Shown: positions 39,186 to 49,514, numbered from the stretch's first letter. The stretch: 64,000 bases of DNA from Alphaproteobacteria bacterium (GCA_964291415.2 OZ219918.1:1088001-1152000), one strand, 5' to 3'. Numbers and translations are program-made. The notes: generated from the sequence alone by a model not told the origin.

Positions 39186-40673
39186 TCAAGGGCCGCGAGC
39201 CAGGCGCGCCAGCGCCTTGCGCAGCGTCACGAGAGCCAGCGTATCCCGGGCGCAATAGGCGCGAAGATCCTCGAACGTGCGTCTGCGATCGTCGGCATCG
39301 GCGCTCGCCAGCGCCGCCGCATAGCGTACCGCCGCAGTCTGTCCGTGCTTGATTGCCAGATCGTCGTAGTTCATCCCGGTGGCCAGCACCGGAAGGACGC
39401 TCTTGATCGAGAACGAGCCGCGGAAGTCCGGGTGGTAGTAACCGTTGCGCACCACCGGGAGCAGGTCGAACAGTCGCGCTTCTATGGAACGAAGGTCTCC
39501 GGCCCGGTCCGGCAACGCCACGCCAAGCTCGCGAATGACCCGCCTCTCGTAACCCGAATACGTGCAGACGCTCCCCGTGCGCCCCAGCGCGTTGATCAGA
39601 CGGTCTGCGAGTTCCGGCCGTGGATCATCGTCGCTCTCGTGCAGGTAGTCCGAATGCAGGATCGACGAGTCCCTGTCCTCAGTGTGAACGGAGAACAGGA
39701 ACGGCACCGCGTCGAAGGGACGGGTGCCGGCAAAGCGCGGGATGGCGGGCGCGAAGGTCTCGAAGTCGAGGTAGCGCACCGGTGATTCGATTTCCGCCAG
39801 CGCGCCGGCCATGTCGCCGTGCACGACTGCGCGATTTTCGTGAATGGACTGGCGGACGACGCTCTGGAGTGCGGTCAGCGGAAGGTGCCCGGGAACATCC
39901 CGGATCTCCTCGATTCCGGCCGCCCGGAGTTCCTGGCGGCGCCACGCGTCGAGCCAGGGAAGCTCGTCGATGCCGTGATCCGGCGGGGTCGCGTCCCGGG
40001 TGCAATGGGTGTGAAAGGGGCATTCGTAGGGTTCGAAACAGTGGTCGCCCGGAGCAATGTCCGGCGCGGACGTCCGGGACAGCATGCTCTGCATTCCGGA
40101 GACCTCGACGCCCACGGTGTCGTGATACGCGTGTGCCTCGTCGTGTACCGGATGAAACCTGAACAGGGCATCGAGATCGAGCGTCACGCCGTCATGGACG
40201 TAGTCCCGGTCGAGCGTCATCACCCCGGCATCGCGTACGTCCAGTCCGGCGCCCTTCAACACCCATAGCTGGACGGCCGCATCGCGCACGAAGACGTCCT
40301 TCAACCGGGTCGACGATTTCACCTCGATGAGGCGCCAGCCCCCTTCGGGAAGACGTTCGATGACGTCGGCGCGGACCAGCACCCCCTGGTGCTCGAACGC
40401 GGCCTCGAAGATTGCCGGTGCGGATCCCGCCTCGAGAACGCTGCGTGTTTCCTCCAGCGCCTCCGGGATATGCCGGTGATCGTGACGGACGGCATGACCG
40501 CCGGGATAGAGCAGGCACGCCGTTCGGCCGACCTCGTGCCCGGCATCGAACACGGCCTGCAGAAGTTCGTCGGGCTCCGAACGGAGATCGGATCGGTGGG
40601 TCTCGTACCAGAGCCGCAGGTGACACTGCGTTCCGGAGATGAACCTCGACTTGGAGAGGCGTGGCCCTCTCAT
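39186..40673 (-). CDS. DUF2779-like protein: Cas4-like PD-(D/E)xK nuclease plus DEDD/RNase H-fold domain
   Basis: LSKS..QC, RADVI..IEVKSS, C..PYECPF..HC, YLDFET, FDLL, SFSIKSVLP, YCARDT. GGGAGA RBS before ATG 40673. Confidence 0.85.
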   Translation of the reverse strand: MRGPRLSKSRFISGTQCHLRLWYETHRSDLRSEPDELLQAVFDAGHEVGRTACLLYPGGHAVRHDHRHIPEALEETRSVLEAGSAPAIFEAAFEHQGVLVRADVIERLPEGGWRLIEVKSSTRLKDVFVRDAAVQLWVLKGAGLDVRDAGVMTLDRDYVHDGVTLDLDALFRFHPVHDEAHAYHDTVGVEVSGMQSMLSRTSAPDIAPGDHCFEPYECPFHTHCTRDATPPDHGIDELPWLDAWRRQELRAAGIEEIRDVPGHLPLTALQSVVRQSIHENRAVVHGDMAGALAEIESPVRYLDFETFAPAIPRFAGTRPFDAVPFLFSVHTEDRDSSILHSDYLHESDDDPRPELADRLINALGRTGSVCTYSGYERRVIRELGVALPDRAGDLRSIEARLFDLLPVVRNGYYHPDFRGSFSIKSVLPVLATGMNYDDLAIKHGQTAAVRYAAALASADADDRRRTFEDLRAYCARDTLALVTLRKALARLARGP

Positions 40674-41043
40674 CGTTCTCCCAATTCGTCGTGTGTGGCG
40701 GTTCTGGTCCATCGCCCGGTCATGGCACGCCATCCCTGATGAGGCGGAAACCGCAGTAGTGCAGTCCGCGACCGATTTGAACAGCGATTCCCGAAACGAA
40801 CGGCGTCCGGCGTTGCTGGACGATGTCGCTGGGGCGGGGCTCCCCACCTTGAGGCCCGCGGGCCGGCGCAACCGATGGAAGCCTCGCGGCCGGCCCACGG
40901 GCGGTTCCTTCGAAGAGCGGGCCGAGCTGACTTCCGGCGCCTCGTGCGCCTTGCGGACGGAGGCGACTTGGTGGAGAGTAATCGCCACCTTCCGGACCCT
41001 GTGCCGGGTGGATGCAGTTCGTCGACTTCAGGGAGGACCTGCC

Positions 41044-41802
41044 ATGGCCGTCGTGTCCAGAATTCATCCTGAGAGAACCGGGACCCGGGAGTGGGAGATT
41101 CGCTGCGATCTCGCCGCACTCTACCGGGCGTTCGTCCGTTACGGCTGGACCGATCTCATCTACACCCACATCTCGGCGCGCCTGCCGGACGAACCCGAAC
41201 ACTACCTCATCAACCCCTACGGACTTCTCTTCGAGGAGATCACGGCATCCAGCCTGATCGTCGTCGACTTCGACGGCAATCTGGTGCGCGGCGACTGGCC
41301 GGTGAACGAGGCCGGGCATGCCATTCATCATGCAATCCTCAAGGCGCGCAAGGATGCCAACTGGGTCCTGCATACACACTCCCGCGCAGGCATGGCGGTG
41401 GCGTGCATGAAGTGCGGTCTCCTGCCACTGACCCAGCAGGCCATGTTCTTCCATGGCTGCCTCTCGACCCACACGTGGGATCTCCAGACGTCGGGCCAGG
41501 AGGAATGTGATCGCCTGGTTGCCGATCTCGGAGACAAGAATGCCATGATCCTGGAAAACCACGGACTTCTCACGTGTGGACCGACTCCGGGCTTTGCCTT
41601 CACCCACCTCTACAACCTGGAGGTGGCCTGCAAGGTCCAGGTCGATGTCCTGTCATCGGGTCAGGAGGTCATCCTTCCCGACGCCGACGTCGTGGAGCGC
41701 ACCGCGGCTGCGGGTGCCGATCCCGCGTTTCTGGTCGACGATCTCGCCTGGCAGGCCATTCGCCGGACCCTCGACAACGACCAGAGCGACTACGCCACCT
41801 GA
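41044..41802 (+). CDS. Class II aldolase/adducin family protein
   Basis: DLAALYR, YTHISAR, INPYGLLFEEITASSL, IHHAI, LHTH, LENHG; GGAGG RBS. Confidence 0.92.
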   Translation: MAVVSRIHPERTGTREWEIRCDLAALYRAFVRYGWTDLIYTHISARLPDEPEHYLINPYGLLFEEITASSLIVVDFDGNLVRGDWPVNEAGHAIHHAILKARKDANWVLHTHSRAGMAVACMKCGLLPLTQQAMFFHGCLSTHTWDLQTSGQEECDRLVADLGDKNAMILENHGLLTCGPTPGFAFTHLYNLEVACKVQVDVLSSGQEVILPDADVVERTAAAGADPAFLVDDLAWQAIRRTLDNDQSDYAT

Positions 41803-41810
41803 TTTCCGTC

Positions 41811-43433
41811 TCAGTTGAGGAAACCGGCGTCCTCGCGCACTTCGACGAGAGTAGGACCGTCGGCGTCAAAGGCCTCCGTGATGACCCCGGTGAGCGCCGA
41901 GAGGGAGGAGGGCCGTTCCGATCGTGCTCCAAAGGCGCCTGCCAGGGCTGCGAAGTCGGGATTGCGTCCCGGAGTGACACCAAGAGGTCCGATTTCGCGC
42001 TCGATCATGTCATCGCGAATCTGACCGAGACCGCCGTTGTTCCACAGCACGATCGGCAGGCCGACCTTCTCGTCGACGGCGGTGGCGAGTTCGCTTGCCG
42101 TGAAGAGGAACCCGGCATCGCCTGCGAGTGCCGCGCCGCGGCGCTCGGGCGAGCCGAGCCTGGCGCCGATGGCCGAAGGCATGGCTGATCCGAGCGTGCA
42201 GTAGCCGTTGGGATGGGTGTAGGTGCGCGGCCTGGAGGTGGGCCAGTACTCGTTGGCAAAGTATGCGATCTGGGTGGCATCGGTAATCAGCCAGCCGTCT
42301 TCGGGAATCGCAGCGCGCATGGCGTCGAGCACGGCCTTGTACCGCGCCGCGCCCGGGTTCGCGAGGAGCTGTTCCATCACCTTCCGGCGGAGATCCGCGA
42401 TGGCACCGGAACCGGTGAAGCCCGGTTGTCCTCGAGCTGCGGGCAGGGCTTCGGTCAGCATGGTCATGGTCAGCCCGGCATCGCCCAGGAGCGCGGCGTC
42501 GGGCGTATAGTCCCGGGCGAGGTTGCCGGCATCGACATCGATACGGATGAGCCGGCCCTTCAGTACGAGAAAGTCGGGCTCCTTCCAGATGTCGGTCTCG
42601 GCGAGTTCGGTGCCGACGGCAATGACGACGTCGGCTTTTTCGATGAGTTCATGCGCCAGCGGAAAGGAGAGGCAGGCGCCGCAGTTGAGAGGATGGGAGT
42701 CGGGCAAGGCACCCTTGCCGGCGATAGTGAGGAACACGGCGGCGCCCAGCCGTTCGGCGAGAGCCCGCAGGGGTTCGCCGTGGTCGATCGTTCCGCCGCC
42801 GGCGATGATGACCGGTTGCCGGGCGCCTGCAGCGATGGCGGCGGCCTTCTCGACTGCCGCCTCATCGGGCGCCAGCGGACCGGTGATGGGCGAGGTTCTC
42901 ACGGCGAACTCCGCCGTTTCGGCGATCTTGTCGATGGGGAGTTCGATGTAGCAGGGCCGGGGGCGGCTGGAGGCGAAGGTGGAGAAGGCGCGATGCACGG
43001 CGCCAGGAATCTGGCGGCCGTCGAGAATGGTCTGGGCATCGGCCGTCAGCGGCCGGATTGTCGCCAGCTGATCGGTGATTTCGTGGAGGCGTCCGCGTCC
43101 GGCGCCAAGGTCGCCGGATCCATTGGTGCTGGCAATCACCAGCATCGGCTGGCTGTCGGCATAGGCGTTGCCCACGGCGGTGGCGATGTTGGTCACTCCG
43201 GGGCCTGTGATGACGCAACAAAGGGCCGGTTTGCCGGAAATCCTCGCATGGCCATCGGCCATGAAACCGCCGCCCTGTTCGTGACGGAACAGCACGTGGC
43301 GCATGCCGGAATCGACGATGCCTCGATAGTATTCCAGGGTATGGACGCCGGGCATGCCGAAGACCGTCTCGATCCCGTAGGCCCGGACAAGCTGCATCAG
43401 CGCCTGGCCCCGGGAAAGGTTGCCACCTGCCAT
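41811..43433 (-). CDS. aruI: TPP enzyme, 5-guanidino-2-oxopentanoate decarboxylase-like
   Basis: VFGMPGVHTLEYYRG, RHEQGGGFMADG, ITGPGVTN, GRLHE, DATQIAY, GYCTLG, GDAGFLFT...WNN. Confidence 0.8.
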   Translation of the reverse strand: MAGGNLSRGQALMQLVRAYGIETVFGMPGVHTLEYYRGIVDSGMRHVLFRHEQGGGFMADGHARISGKPALCCVITGPGVTNIATAVGNAYADSQPMLVIASTNGSGDLGAGRGRLHEITDQLATIRPLTADAQTILDGRQIPGAVHRAFSTFASSRPRPCYIELPIDKIAETAEFAVRTSPITGPLAPDEAAVEKAAAIAAGARQPVIIAGGGTIDHGEPLRALAERLGAAVFLTIAGKGALPDSHPLNCGACLSFPLAHELIEKADVVIAVGTELAETDIWKEPDFLVLKGRLIRIDVDAGNLARDYTPDAALLGDAGLTMTMLTEALPAARGQPGFTGSGAIADLRRKVMEQLLANPGAARYKAVLDAMRAAIPEDGWLITDATQIAYFANEYWPTSRPRTYTHPNGYCTLGSAMPSAIGARLGSPERRGAALAGDAGFLFTASELATAVDEKVGLPIVLWNNGGLGQIRDDMIEREIGPLGVTPGRNPDFAALAGAFGARSERPSSLSALTGVITEAFDADGPTLVEVREDAGFLN

Positions 43434-43505
43434 GGTCGATCTCCTTGAAGCGCATGAAACGCGGATGGTAGCCTCCCGCTCTTCGTTCGGGAACGGGAAA
43501 CCGCC

Positions 43506-44417
43506 ATGGCCTCCAATCCTCTTCGCTGCCGCGAGCCGGAAGGAAACACTCCTCAACTCACCGACTGGGGATGCAATTCCGAGTACGGTGTCCTGACCGA
43601 CGTCCTGCTCGGGCCGGCCGACCACTTCCACTGGCTCCCGACGAGTTCCATCTCCAGGGCCACCCTCAAGCGCGGAGACCGGTTCGACGCGCAGCTGGCC
43701 ATGAAACAGCACCGCGAGATGGTCGATGCATACGAGGAAGCGGGTGTGAAGGTGCATTGGCTGGAGGCCGACTCCGAACTTCCCTACCAGGTCTTTGCCA
43801 GGGACTCCTCCTTCATGACGCCCTACGGCGCCGTGGTCACCCAGATGGCCCAGTGGTGGCGGCGTGGTGAATACGGACCGGTCATTCGCTTCTACGTCGA
43901 CAACGGCATTCCGATCTTCGACATGGTGACGGCGGGGTCCTTCGAGGGAGGCGACTTCGACATCATCGAGCCGGGATGCGTCCTCATCGGCTGGTGCGGC
44001 GAACGCACCCAGGAACAGTCGGCGCATCAGGTGGGACAGTGGTTCGAGAGGGAGGGCTGGGAAGTCCGCGTGACACCGATTGCCGAACACTACGTGCACA
44101 TCGATCTCATGGTCTGCATGTTGGCCGAGAAACTCTGCGCGGTCTGTCTCGACACGACCGAACCGGCCACCGTCGACTGGCTGAAGGCCAAGGGAATCGA
44201 GATCGTGCCGGTGAACTATCCCGACACCATGGCGCTGGCCTGCAACGTGGTCTCCCTGGGCAACGACCGGGTCATTGCGCCAGCCCATGCCAGGGATCTG
44301 GTGGACCGTCTGAAGGCCCTCGGTTTCACCGTCTATGACCCCGACGTGGACTGCTTCACCCGTGGCGGTGGCGGCGTCCACTGCATGGCGCAGTCGCTGC
44401 GCCGCGAACCAGTCTGA
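43506..44417 (+). CDS. Amidinotransferase/arginine deiminase/DDAH superfamily (pentein) enzyme
   Basis: SEYGVL, QVFARD, FEGGD, VHID, GGGGVHCM (catalytic Cys). Confidence 0.88.
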   Translation: MASNPLRCREPEGNTPQLTDWGCNSEYGVLTDVLLGPADHFHWLPTSSISRATLKRGDRFDAQLAMKQHREMVDAYEEAGVKVHWLEADSELPYQVFARDSSFMTPYGAVVTQMAQWWRRGEYGPVIRFYVDNGIPIFDMVTAGSFEGGDFDIIEPGCVLIGWCGERTQEQSAHQVGQWFEREGWEVRVTPIAEHYVHIDLMVCMLAEKLCAVCLDTTEPATVDWLKAKGIEIVPVNYPDTMALACNVVSLGNDRVIAPAHARDLVDRLKALGFTVYDPDVDCFTRGGGGVHCMAQSLRREPV

Positions 44418-44430
44418 GCGGAGACCATCG

Positions 44431-45201
44431 ATGTCACAAGCGGTCATGATCGTCACCGGAGGCAGCCGCGGAATCGGTGCGGAGATTGCCCGCCTGGCCG
44501 GCAGGCGGGGCTATGATGTTGCGGTCAACTATTCCGCCTCCAGGGACCGCGCCGAAGAGGTGGCAGAGTCGATCCGGGCTGAAGGCCGCCGCGCCGCCGC
44601 CATCCGTGCCGACGTCTCCCGGCCCGATGACATCGAGTCTCTCTTCGAGGAGACCGACCGCCTGCTCGGCGCGCCGGCGGCGCTGGTCAACAACGCCGGA
44701 ATCTCGGTCGAGACGCCGGTGGCTGATCACGAGGTCGACGCGGTCAGGCGGATCATCGACACCAATCTCCTCGGGCCGGCGCTGACCAGTCGCCAGGCGA
44801 TCCGCCGCATGTCGACGGCAAGGGGCGGCAATGGTGGCGTGATCGTCAACGTGTCATCGATCTCCGGGGTCTACGGCGGATTGCCGGGTGACGTCGTCTA
44901 TGCCGCCACCAAGGGCGGACTCGATTCCTTCACCCTGGGTCTCGCCAAGGAAGTGGCGGGGGAGGGGATTCGCGTGTGCTGTGTGCGCCCCGGCCTCATC
45001 AAGACCGAAATCTGGGACGATGGCATGGGACAGGACGAGGTGATCGAACTCGGCGAGCGTGCCGTTCCGTTGGGCCGCATTGGCGAGGTCGGAGACATCG
45101 CCACGGCGGTCCTGTGGATGTGTTCCGACGAGGCAGCCTATGTCACGGGCGCCATTCTCAATGTCAGCGGCGGCCGCGAGACGTTCGTGCGCGGCGGCTG
45201 A
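44431..45201 (+). CDS. Short-chain dehydrogenase/reductase
   Basis: TGGSRGIG, NNAG, NVSS, YAATK, RPGLI.T. Confidence 0.93.
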   Translation: MSQAVMIVTGGSRGIGAEIARLAGRRGYDVAVNYSASRDRAEEVAESIRAEGRRAAAIRADVSRPDDIESLFEETDRLLGAPAALVNNAGISVETPVADHEVDAVRRIIDTNLLGPALTSRQAIRRMSTARGGNGGVIVNVSSISGVYGGLPGDVVYAATKGGLDSFTLGLAKEVAGEGIRVCCVRPGLIKTEIWDDGMGQDEVIELGERAVPLGRIGEVGDIATAVLWMCSDEAAYVTGAILNVSGGRETFVRGG

Positions 45202-45215
45202 TCAGGGTCTGCGGC

Positions 45216-46013
45216 CTATCGTCCGGTGAACCGGGGCTTGCGCTTTTCTGCAAAGGCGCGCGGGCCTTCCTTGGCATCGTCGCTGGCGAGCATGCGCGAG
45301 TAGATCGGCAGACCGCCTCCACGCAATGTCCGGAAGCAGTCGGGAACCGACATGTGCATGGTGTGGCGTACCGCCTCCTTGGTGGCCTGCAGCGCCAGCG
45401 GCCCGCCCTCGGCGAGGTGATCCGCGGTCTCACGGGCCCTGGTCATCAGTTCTTCCGCCTCCACGATCTCGTTGACAAGACCCCACTTGAGGGCCTCTTC
45501 GGCGCCCATGCGGCGGCCGCTGAGCAGGATGTCCATGGCGACCGAATGAGGCAGGCGCCGGGGCAGGATCTGGATGGCGCCGGCGTCGGCGATGAAGCCC
45601 ATGTGCACGTCCGGGATGAAGAACGTGGCGTGGGGCACCGCGTACTGGATGTCGCTGGCCAGGGCGATTTCCCAGCCGCCGCCCACGGCATACCCATTGA
45701 TGGCGGCAATGACCGGCTTGTAGAGATTCCACATCTCCGTAATGCCGGCGAAGCCACCGTCGACCTCGTCGTCCTCGCCGGCGCCGCCGGCATCGAAGTC
45801 GCGTGCCGCCTCCTTGAGATCCCAACCCGGAGAAAAGAACTTGTCGCCGGCGCCGGTGACGATACCCACCAGAAGATCGGGGTCGTCGCGCAATGTCGCG
45901 AAGGCCCGGGAAAGGCCCGCCGTCACCTTGCGGCCGATGGCATTGGCCGGCGGATTGTCGATGGTGATTTCGAGGACCTTGCCCCGACGTTCGCAATGGA
46001 CCACGTCACTCAT
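45216..46013 (-). CDS. Enoyl-CoA hydratase, carnitinyl-CoA dehydratase (CaiD)-like
   Basis: FFSPGWDLK, GGFAGITE, KPVIAAINGYAVGGGWE, EGPRAFAEKR. Confidence 0.88.
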   Translation of the reverse strand: MSDVVHCERRGKVLEITIDNPPANAIGRKVTAGLSRAFATLRDDPDLLVGIVTGAGDKFFSPGWDLKEAARDFDAGGAGEDDEVDGGFAGITEMWNLYKPVIAAINGYAVGGGWEIALASDIQYAVPHATFFIPDVHMGFIADAGAIQILPRRLPHSVAMDILLSGRRMGAEEALKWGLVNEIVEAEELMTRARETADHLAEGGPLALQATKEAVRHTMHMSVPDCFRTLRGGGLPIYSRMLASDDAKEGPRAFAEKRKPRFTGR

Positions 46014-46016
46014 GGT

Positions 46017-48131
46017 TCAAGTCTCCGTTCCGGTCATTCTCATCAAGCAGTCGGCAACCACGACCCCGCCACCCCGGGGCATGACGAGAAGCGGGTTGAT
46101 GTCGAGCTCCGCGAGGCTTGCAGGATGTTCTGCTGCAAGGGCGGCCACGGCCATGACTGCATCGACGAGGGCCTCCGCGTCACCAGACGGCGCCCCCCTG
46201 TACCCTTCGAGAAGGCGCGAAACCTTCAGGGATCCGATGGCCCGATGCACGTCCTCGCGTTCGAGAGGGAGAAGCAGGACGACAGCATCCTCGACAAGCT
46301 CGACGAAGGTGCCGCCGGCGCCGATGATCAGCACCTGCCCGAAGGTGCTGTCGCGTGTCACGCCGATAATCATTTCGGCCACGTGGCCGGTGACCATGGC
46401 TTCAACCAGGACCTCCCTGACACCGGTGTTGCGGACGATGGTCCCCGCCGCCCGGTCAACCTCGCGGTGATCGGTGAGGTTGAGGGCGACCCCACCGGCC
46501 TCGGTCTTGTGGGCAATCGTGGCTGACAGTGCCTTCACGACCACCGGATAGCCGATACGCTCGGCGGCGGATGCGGCTGCTGCAGGGCGGACGCACTCAC
46601 CGGACGGGATTGTCAGTCCGGAGGCGGCGAGAACCTGCTTGCCTTCCCGTTCATCAAGGGTCCGCACGTCGCCGGCAAGGGTGACCGGCGCGGCAAGGGC
46701 GCGATCACCGGGCGCCGGGCGGGACAGGAACGCGTTCCGCCTGGTGCCGTAGAGGCAGGCCCGCGCCAGGGAGAGCGTGCCCGCCCTGATGCCGTGGGTC
46801 ATGGCGATGCCGGCTTCGTGAAACTGCTTGCGGAGTCTGATGGAGGTGTTGTCGGGAAGCGACGACGTGATGACGCCGGGAATGCCGTGCCGGAGCACCG
46901 ACGTGTGGAAGGCGCGCATGGCCGCCGCGGCGCCATCATCCTGCGAGCGGGCGCGAGGCATCTGTTCCGTATCGGCGATTGCGTCGACCACCAGCAGTCC
47001 GGCGTCGATCCCCTGGCGCAGCATCACGGGAAAGATGGCTTCCAGGACGTCCTGCCGGCCCCAGTTGGAGGTGTTGTAGTCGAGTGGATTGGCAATCGTC
47101 GTGAAAGCCTGCATGTGACGGGCGATGTCGTCGCGCTGGCGCTGGTCAAGTTCCGGCAATTCGATTCCAAGGGGTTCCACGATATCGGCAACACATCCCG
47201 AATCGCCTCCTGAACATGTCATCACGGCAAGCCGGAGTCCTTCGGGAATGCCCGTCACCGACACCACCTTTGCGGTTTCCAGCAGATCCTCCGGAGTCTC
47301 AACCCGGATGATGTTGAGCCGGTCGAAGAGTGCCTGATAGAACCTGTCGTCACCGGCAAGGGATGCGGTGTGACTCATGGCCATGGAAGCGCCTTTCCTG
47401 GAGACGCCGGACTTGAGCACGATGATGGGCTTGCCGGCCTCGAGGGCGCGCACCGCGGCCCGGCTGAAAGCCGCGGCGTCGGGCAGCGTTTCCATGAAGA
47501 GAGCGAAAGAGGTGACGGCGGGATCGTCGACCAGCACCTCGATGTAGTCGGCAAAGTCGAGAACGGCCTGATTGCCGCAGGAAATGACGTGGGAGAGCGG
47601 CGTGCCGCGCCGGCCGTTGGCGACGTTGATGCAGATGTTGCCGCTCTGCCCGATGAACGCGCATCCCCTGGTGGTTCTCTCCCCCAGGGTCGGCGTCGCC
47701 ATCGCCAGGGCGCCGTTGACGAAGTTGTTGAAGCCGTAGCAGTTGGGTCCGATGACCGCGAGATTGCCTGCTCGTTGCCGGAGTTCCCCTTCCAGGGTGA
47801 GGCCTTCTCCGCCGACTTCCGCATAGCCTGCCGCATAGCAGATGGCGCCTCCGGCCCCCATGTCATCGAGTTCGGCAATCAGGTCATTGGTCATCTCCCG
47901 GTTGACCGCCAGGAAGACGACATCGGGCGGCGTATCGAGTTCGTCGATGGATCCCAGGCAACGTTCGCCAGCGATCTCCTGCCGCCGAGGATTGACGACG
48001 CGAATATCACCGGCAAACCCCAGGTTCCGGGTCGCGGCGATGGCCGGTTCGAGGAAGGAGCCGCCGATGTAGCAAATGCTGTCCGGATAAAGGGCGCGTC
48101 GAAGGTTTGCGTGACGGGCCGTGCGGGACAT
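46017..48131 (-). CDS. ADP-forming acyl-CoA synthetase (acetate-CoA ligase family)
   Basis: GPNCYG, QSGN, SCGNQA, SHTASLAG (phospho-His), NPLD, HKTEAGGV, ELDINPL. Confidence 0.9.
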   Translation of the reverse strand: MSRTARHANLRRALYPDSICYIGGSFLEPAIAATRNLGFAGDIRVVNPRRQEIAGERCLGSIDELDTPPDVVFLAVNREMTNDLIAELDDMGAGGAICYAAGYAEVGGEGLTLEGELRQRAGNLAVIGPNCYGFNNFVNGALAMATPTLGERTTRGCAFIGQSGNICINVANGRRGTPLSHVISCGNQAVLDFADYIEVLVDDPAVTSFALFMETLPDAAAFSRAAVRALEAGKPIIVLKSGVSRKGASMAMSHTASLAGDDRFYQALFDRLNIIRVETPEDLLETAKVVSVTGIPEGLRLAVMTCSGGDSGCVADIVEPLGIELPELDQRQRDDIARHMQAFTTIANPLDYNTSNWGRQDVLEAIFPVMLRQGIDAGLLVVDAIADTEQMPRARSQDDGAAAAMRAFHTSVLRHGIPGVITSSLPDNTSIRLRKQFHEAGIAMTHGIRAGTLSLARACLYGTRRNAFLSRPAPGDRALAAPVTLAGDVRTLDEREGKQVLAASGLTIPSGECVRPAAAASAAERIGYPVVVKALSATIAHKTEAGGVALNLTDHREVDRAAGTIVRNTGVREVLVEAMVTGHVAEMIIGVTRDSTFGQVLIIGAGGTFVELVEDAVVLLLPLEREDVHRAIGSLKVSRLLEGYRGAPSGDAEALVDAVMAVAALAAEHPASLAELDINPLLVMPRGGGVVVADCLMRMTGTET

Positions 48132-48257
48132 GTCAGGCGGACACCATGGAAAACGATTCGGATGGCATCGGGAACGAATGATCCCTCGCGGGCGGGCGCC
48201 GGACAAGGATGAGGGCAACACGCCAGGAGAGGCAATGCCCGTGACCAGGGCAGCGGC

Positions 48258-49514
48258 CTACCATTTGGCTGTGCGTCCCAGATCGCGGTCCATGTGGTCG
48301 CGCAAGGCCGATTCGGTCAGCACCTGGGAGGTTCTCACGACCGTCACGAAATCGCGCTGTTCGTCCATCGGCACCGGTGCGCGCCGCGTCATGCGGTAGA
48401 GGGCGAAAGCACCAAGCAGCATCATGGCCGTCGCCGGGAACCAGAAGTAGCCCGCCGGTCCGGCAATCTGCATCATCGCGCCTGCGGCGGTCGGCCCGAG
48501 GATGCCGCCGATCCCGGCGGCGAGCAGCAGCCCGCTGGAGGCGGCCACCATCTGCTCCGGTTGGAGATGATCGTTCGTGTGCGCGATCGAGAGCGAATAG
48601 AGCGGCGACAGGAAACACCCGACAACCGCCACGGCGATGATCTGAATCAGGGGTTCAGGACCGGCGAAAAGAGCCGCAAGGCTGGCGGCGGCACCGCCCG
48701 CGAATGCCACGATCGTCAGGATCTTCCGGCGATCGAAGCGATCGCTCAGTCGGCCGATCGGCCAGATCAGGATCATGCCGCCGACGATGGTGGCCGCCGT
48801 GAAGAGGGAGACATTGCCGACGTCCATGCCAAGGCCCGTGCCGTAGAGTGACGCCAGCCAGACAAGAGCCCCCGAGGTGGCGCCATTGGTGAAGCAGCCG
48901 GCGACTCCCAGTGGCGATGTTCTCACCAGTTCGACGACTCCGAGTCTGGCCGGGTTCTCGAAGTGTGGTGCGGGATAGGTGGTGAGTGACACCGGCAACA
49001 CGGCCAGGGAGACGAGGATGGAAGCGGTCATGAAGAGTAGAGGACCGGCGGGGTCCGCAACATTGAGGAGCAGAGGACCGACTGCCATCGAGCCGGACAT
49101 GGCGATGATGTAGACTCCGAGCAACTGACCGCGTGTCTCGTTTGTCGAGCGGTCGTTCAGCCAGCTTTCGGCGATGATGAAGAGGCCGATGTTGCAGAAG
49201 CCGGTGAGAATTCGCAGCACGGCCCACGTGGCGGCATCGACGACAACCGCGTGGCCCAGGGCCGAGATCGAGGCCAGCGAGGCAAGCGCCGTGAACACGC
49301 GGATGTGACCCACGCGCTCTACAAGACGGGGCACCGCGAGAGCACCGAGGACAAACCCGAAGTAGTAGCTCGACATGATGATGCCGGTCACAAGATTCGG
49401 AAAGCCGGCCGACGGCGCTCGCAGGCCGAGAAGCGAGCCTTGAAGGGCGTTGCCGGACATCAGCAGGGAGATGCTGACGATGACCGCCCAGACGCCGAAG
49501 ATCGCTGCAATCAA
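48258..49514 (-). CDS. MFS transporter (YcaD-like)
   Basis: RVGHIRVF, AESWLN, RGQLLG, GRLSDRFDRR, LYSLSIAHTND; about 12 TM segments. Confidence 0.92.
   Translation of the reverse strand: MIAAIFGVWAVIVSISLLMSGNALQGSLLGLRAPSAGFPNLVTGIIMSSYYFGFVLGALAVPRLVERVGHIRVFTALASLASISALGHAVVVDAATWAVLRILTGFCNIGLFIIAESWLNDRSTNETRGQLLGVYIIAMSGSMAVGPLLLNVADPAGPLLFMTASILVSLAVLPVSLTTYPAPHFENPARLGVVELVRTSPLGVAGCFTNGATSGALVWLASLYGTGLGMDVGNVSLFTAATIVGGMILIWPIGRLSDRFDRRKILTIVAFAGGAAASLAALFAGPEPLIQIIAVAVVGCFLSPLYSLSIAHTNDHLQPEQMVAASSGLLLAAGIGGILGPTAAGAMMQIAGPAGYFWFPATAMMLLGAFALYRMTRRAPVPMDEQRDFVTVVRTSQVLTESALRDHMDRDLGRTAKW

Noticed and set aside
40717-40753. Hammerhead-like string CGG-TC-ATGGCACGCCAT-CC-CTGATGA-GGCG-GAAA-CCG
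   Set aside because: The core words are present, but stem II is only a 4-nt linker with no G-C closing pair and two extra bases precede CUGAUGA. It cannot be supported as a ribozyme; a cmscan would settle it.
883-41033. 13-bp exact repeat GTCGACTTCAGGG at 883 and 41021
   Set aside because: Matches of this length are expected by chance in 64 kb; no flanking similarity.
43434-44456. Apparent 881-aa fusion upstream of the AruI-like enzyme
   Set aside because: The extension is antisense to the pentein gene; an AGGAG RBS precedes ATG 43433.
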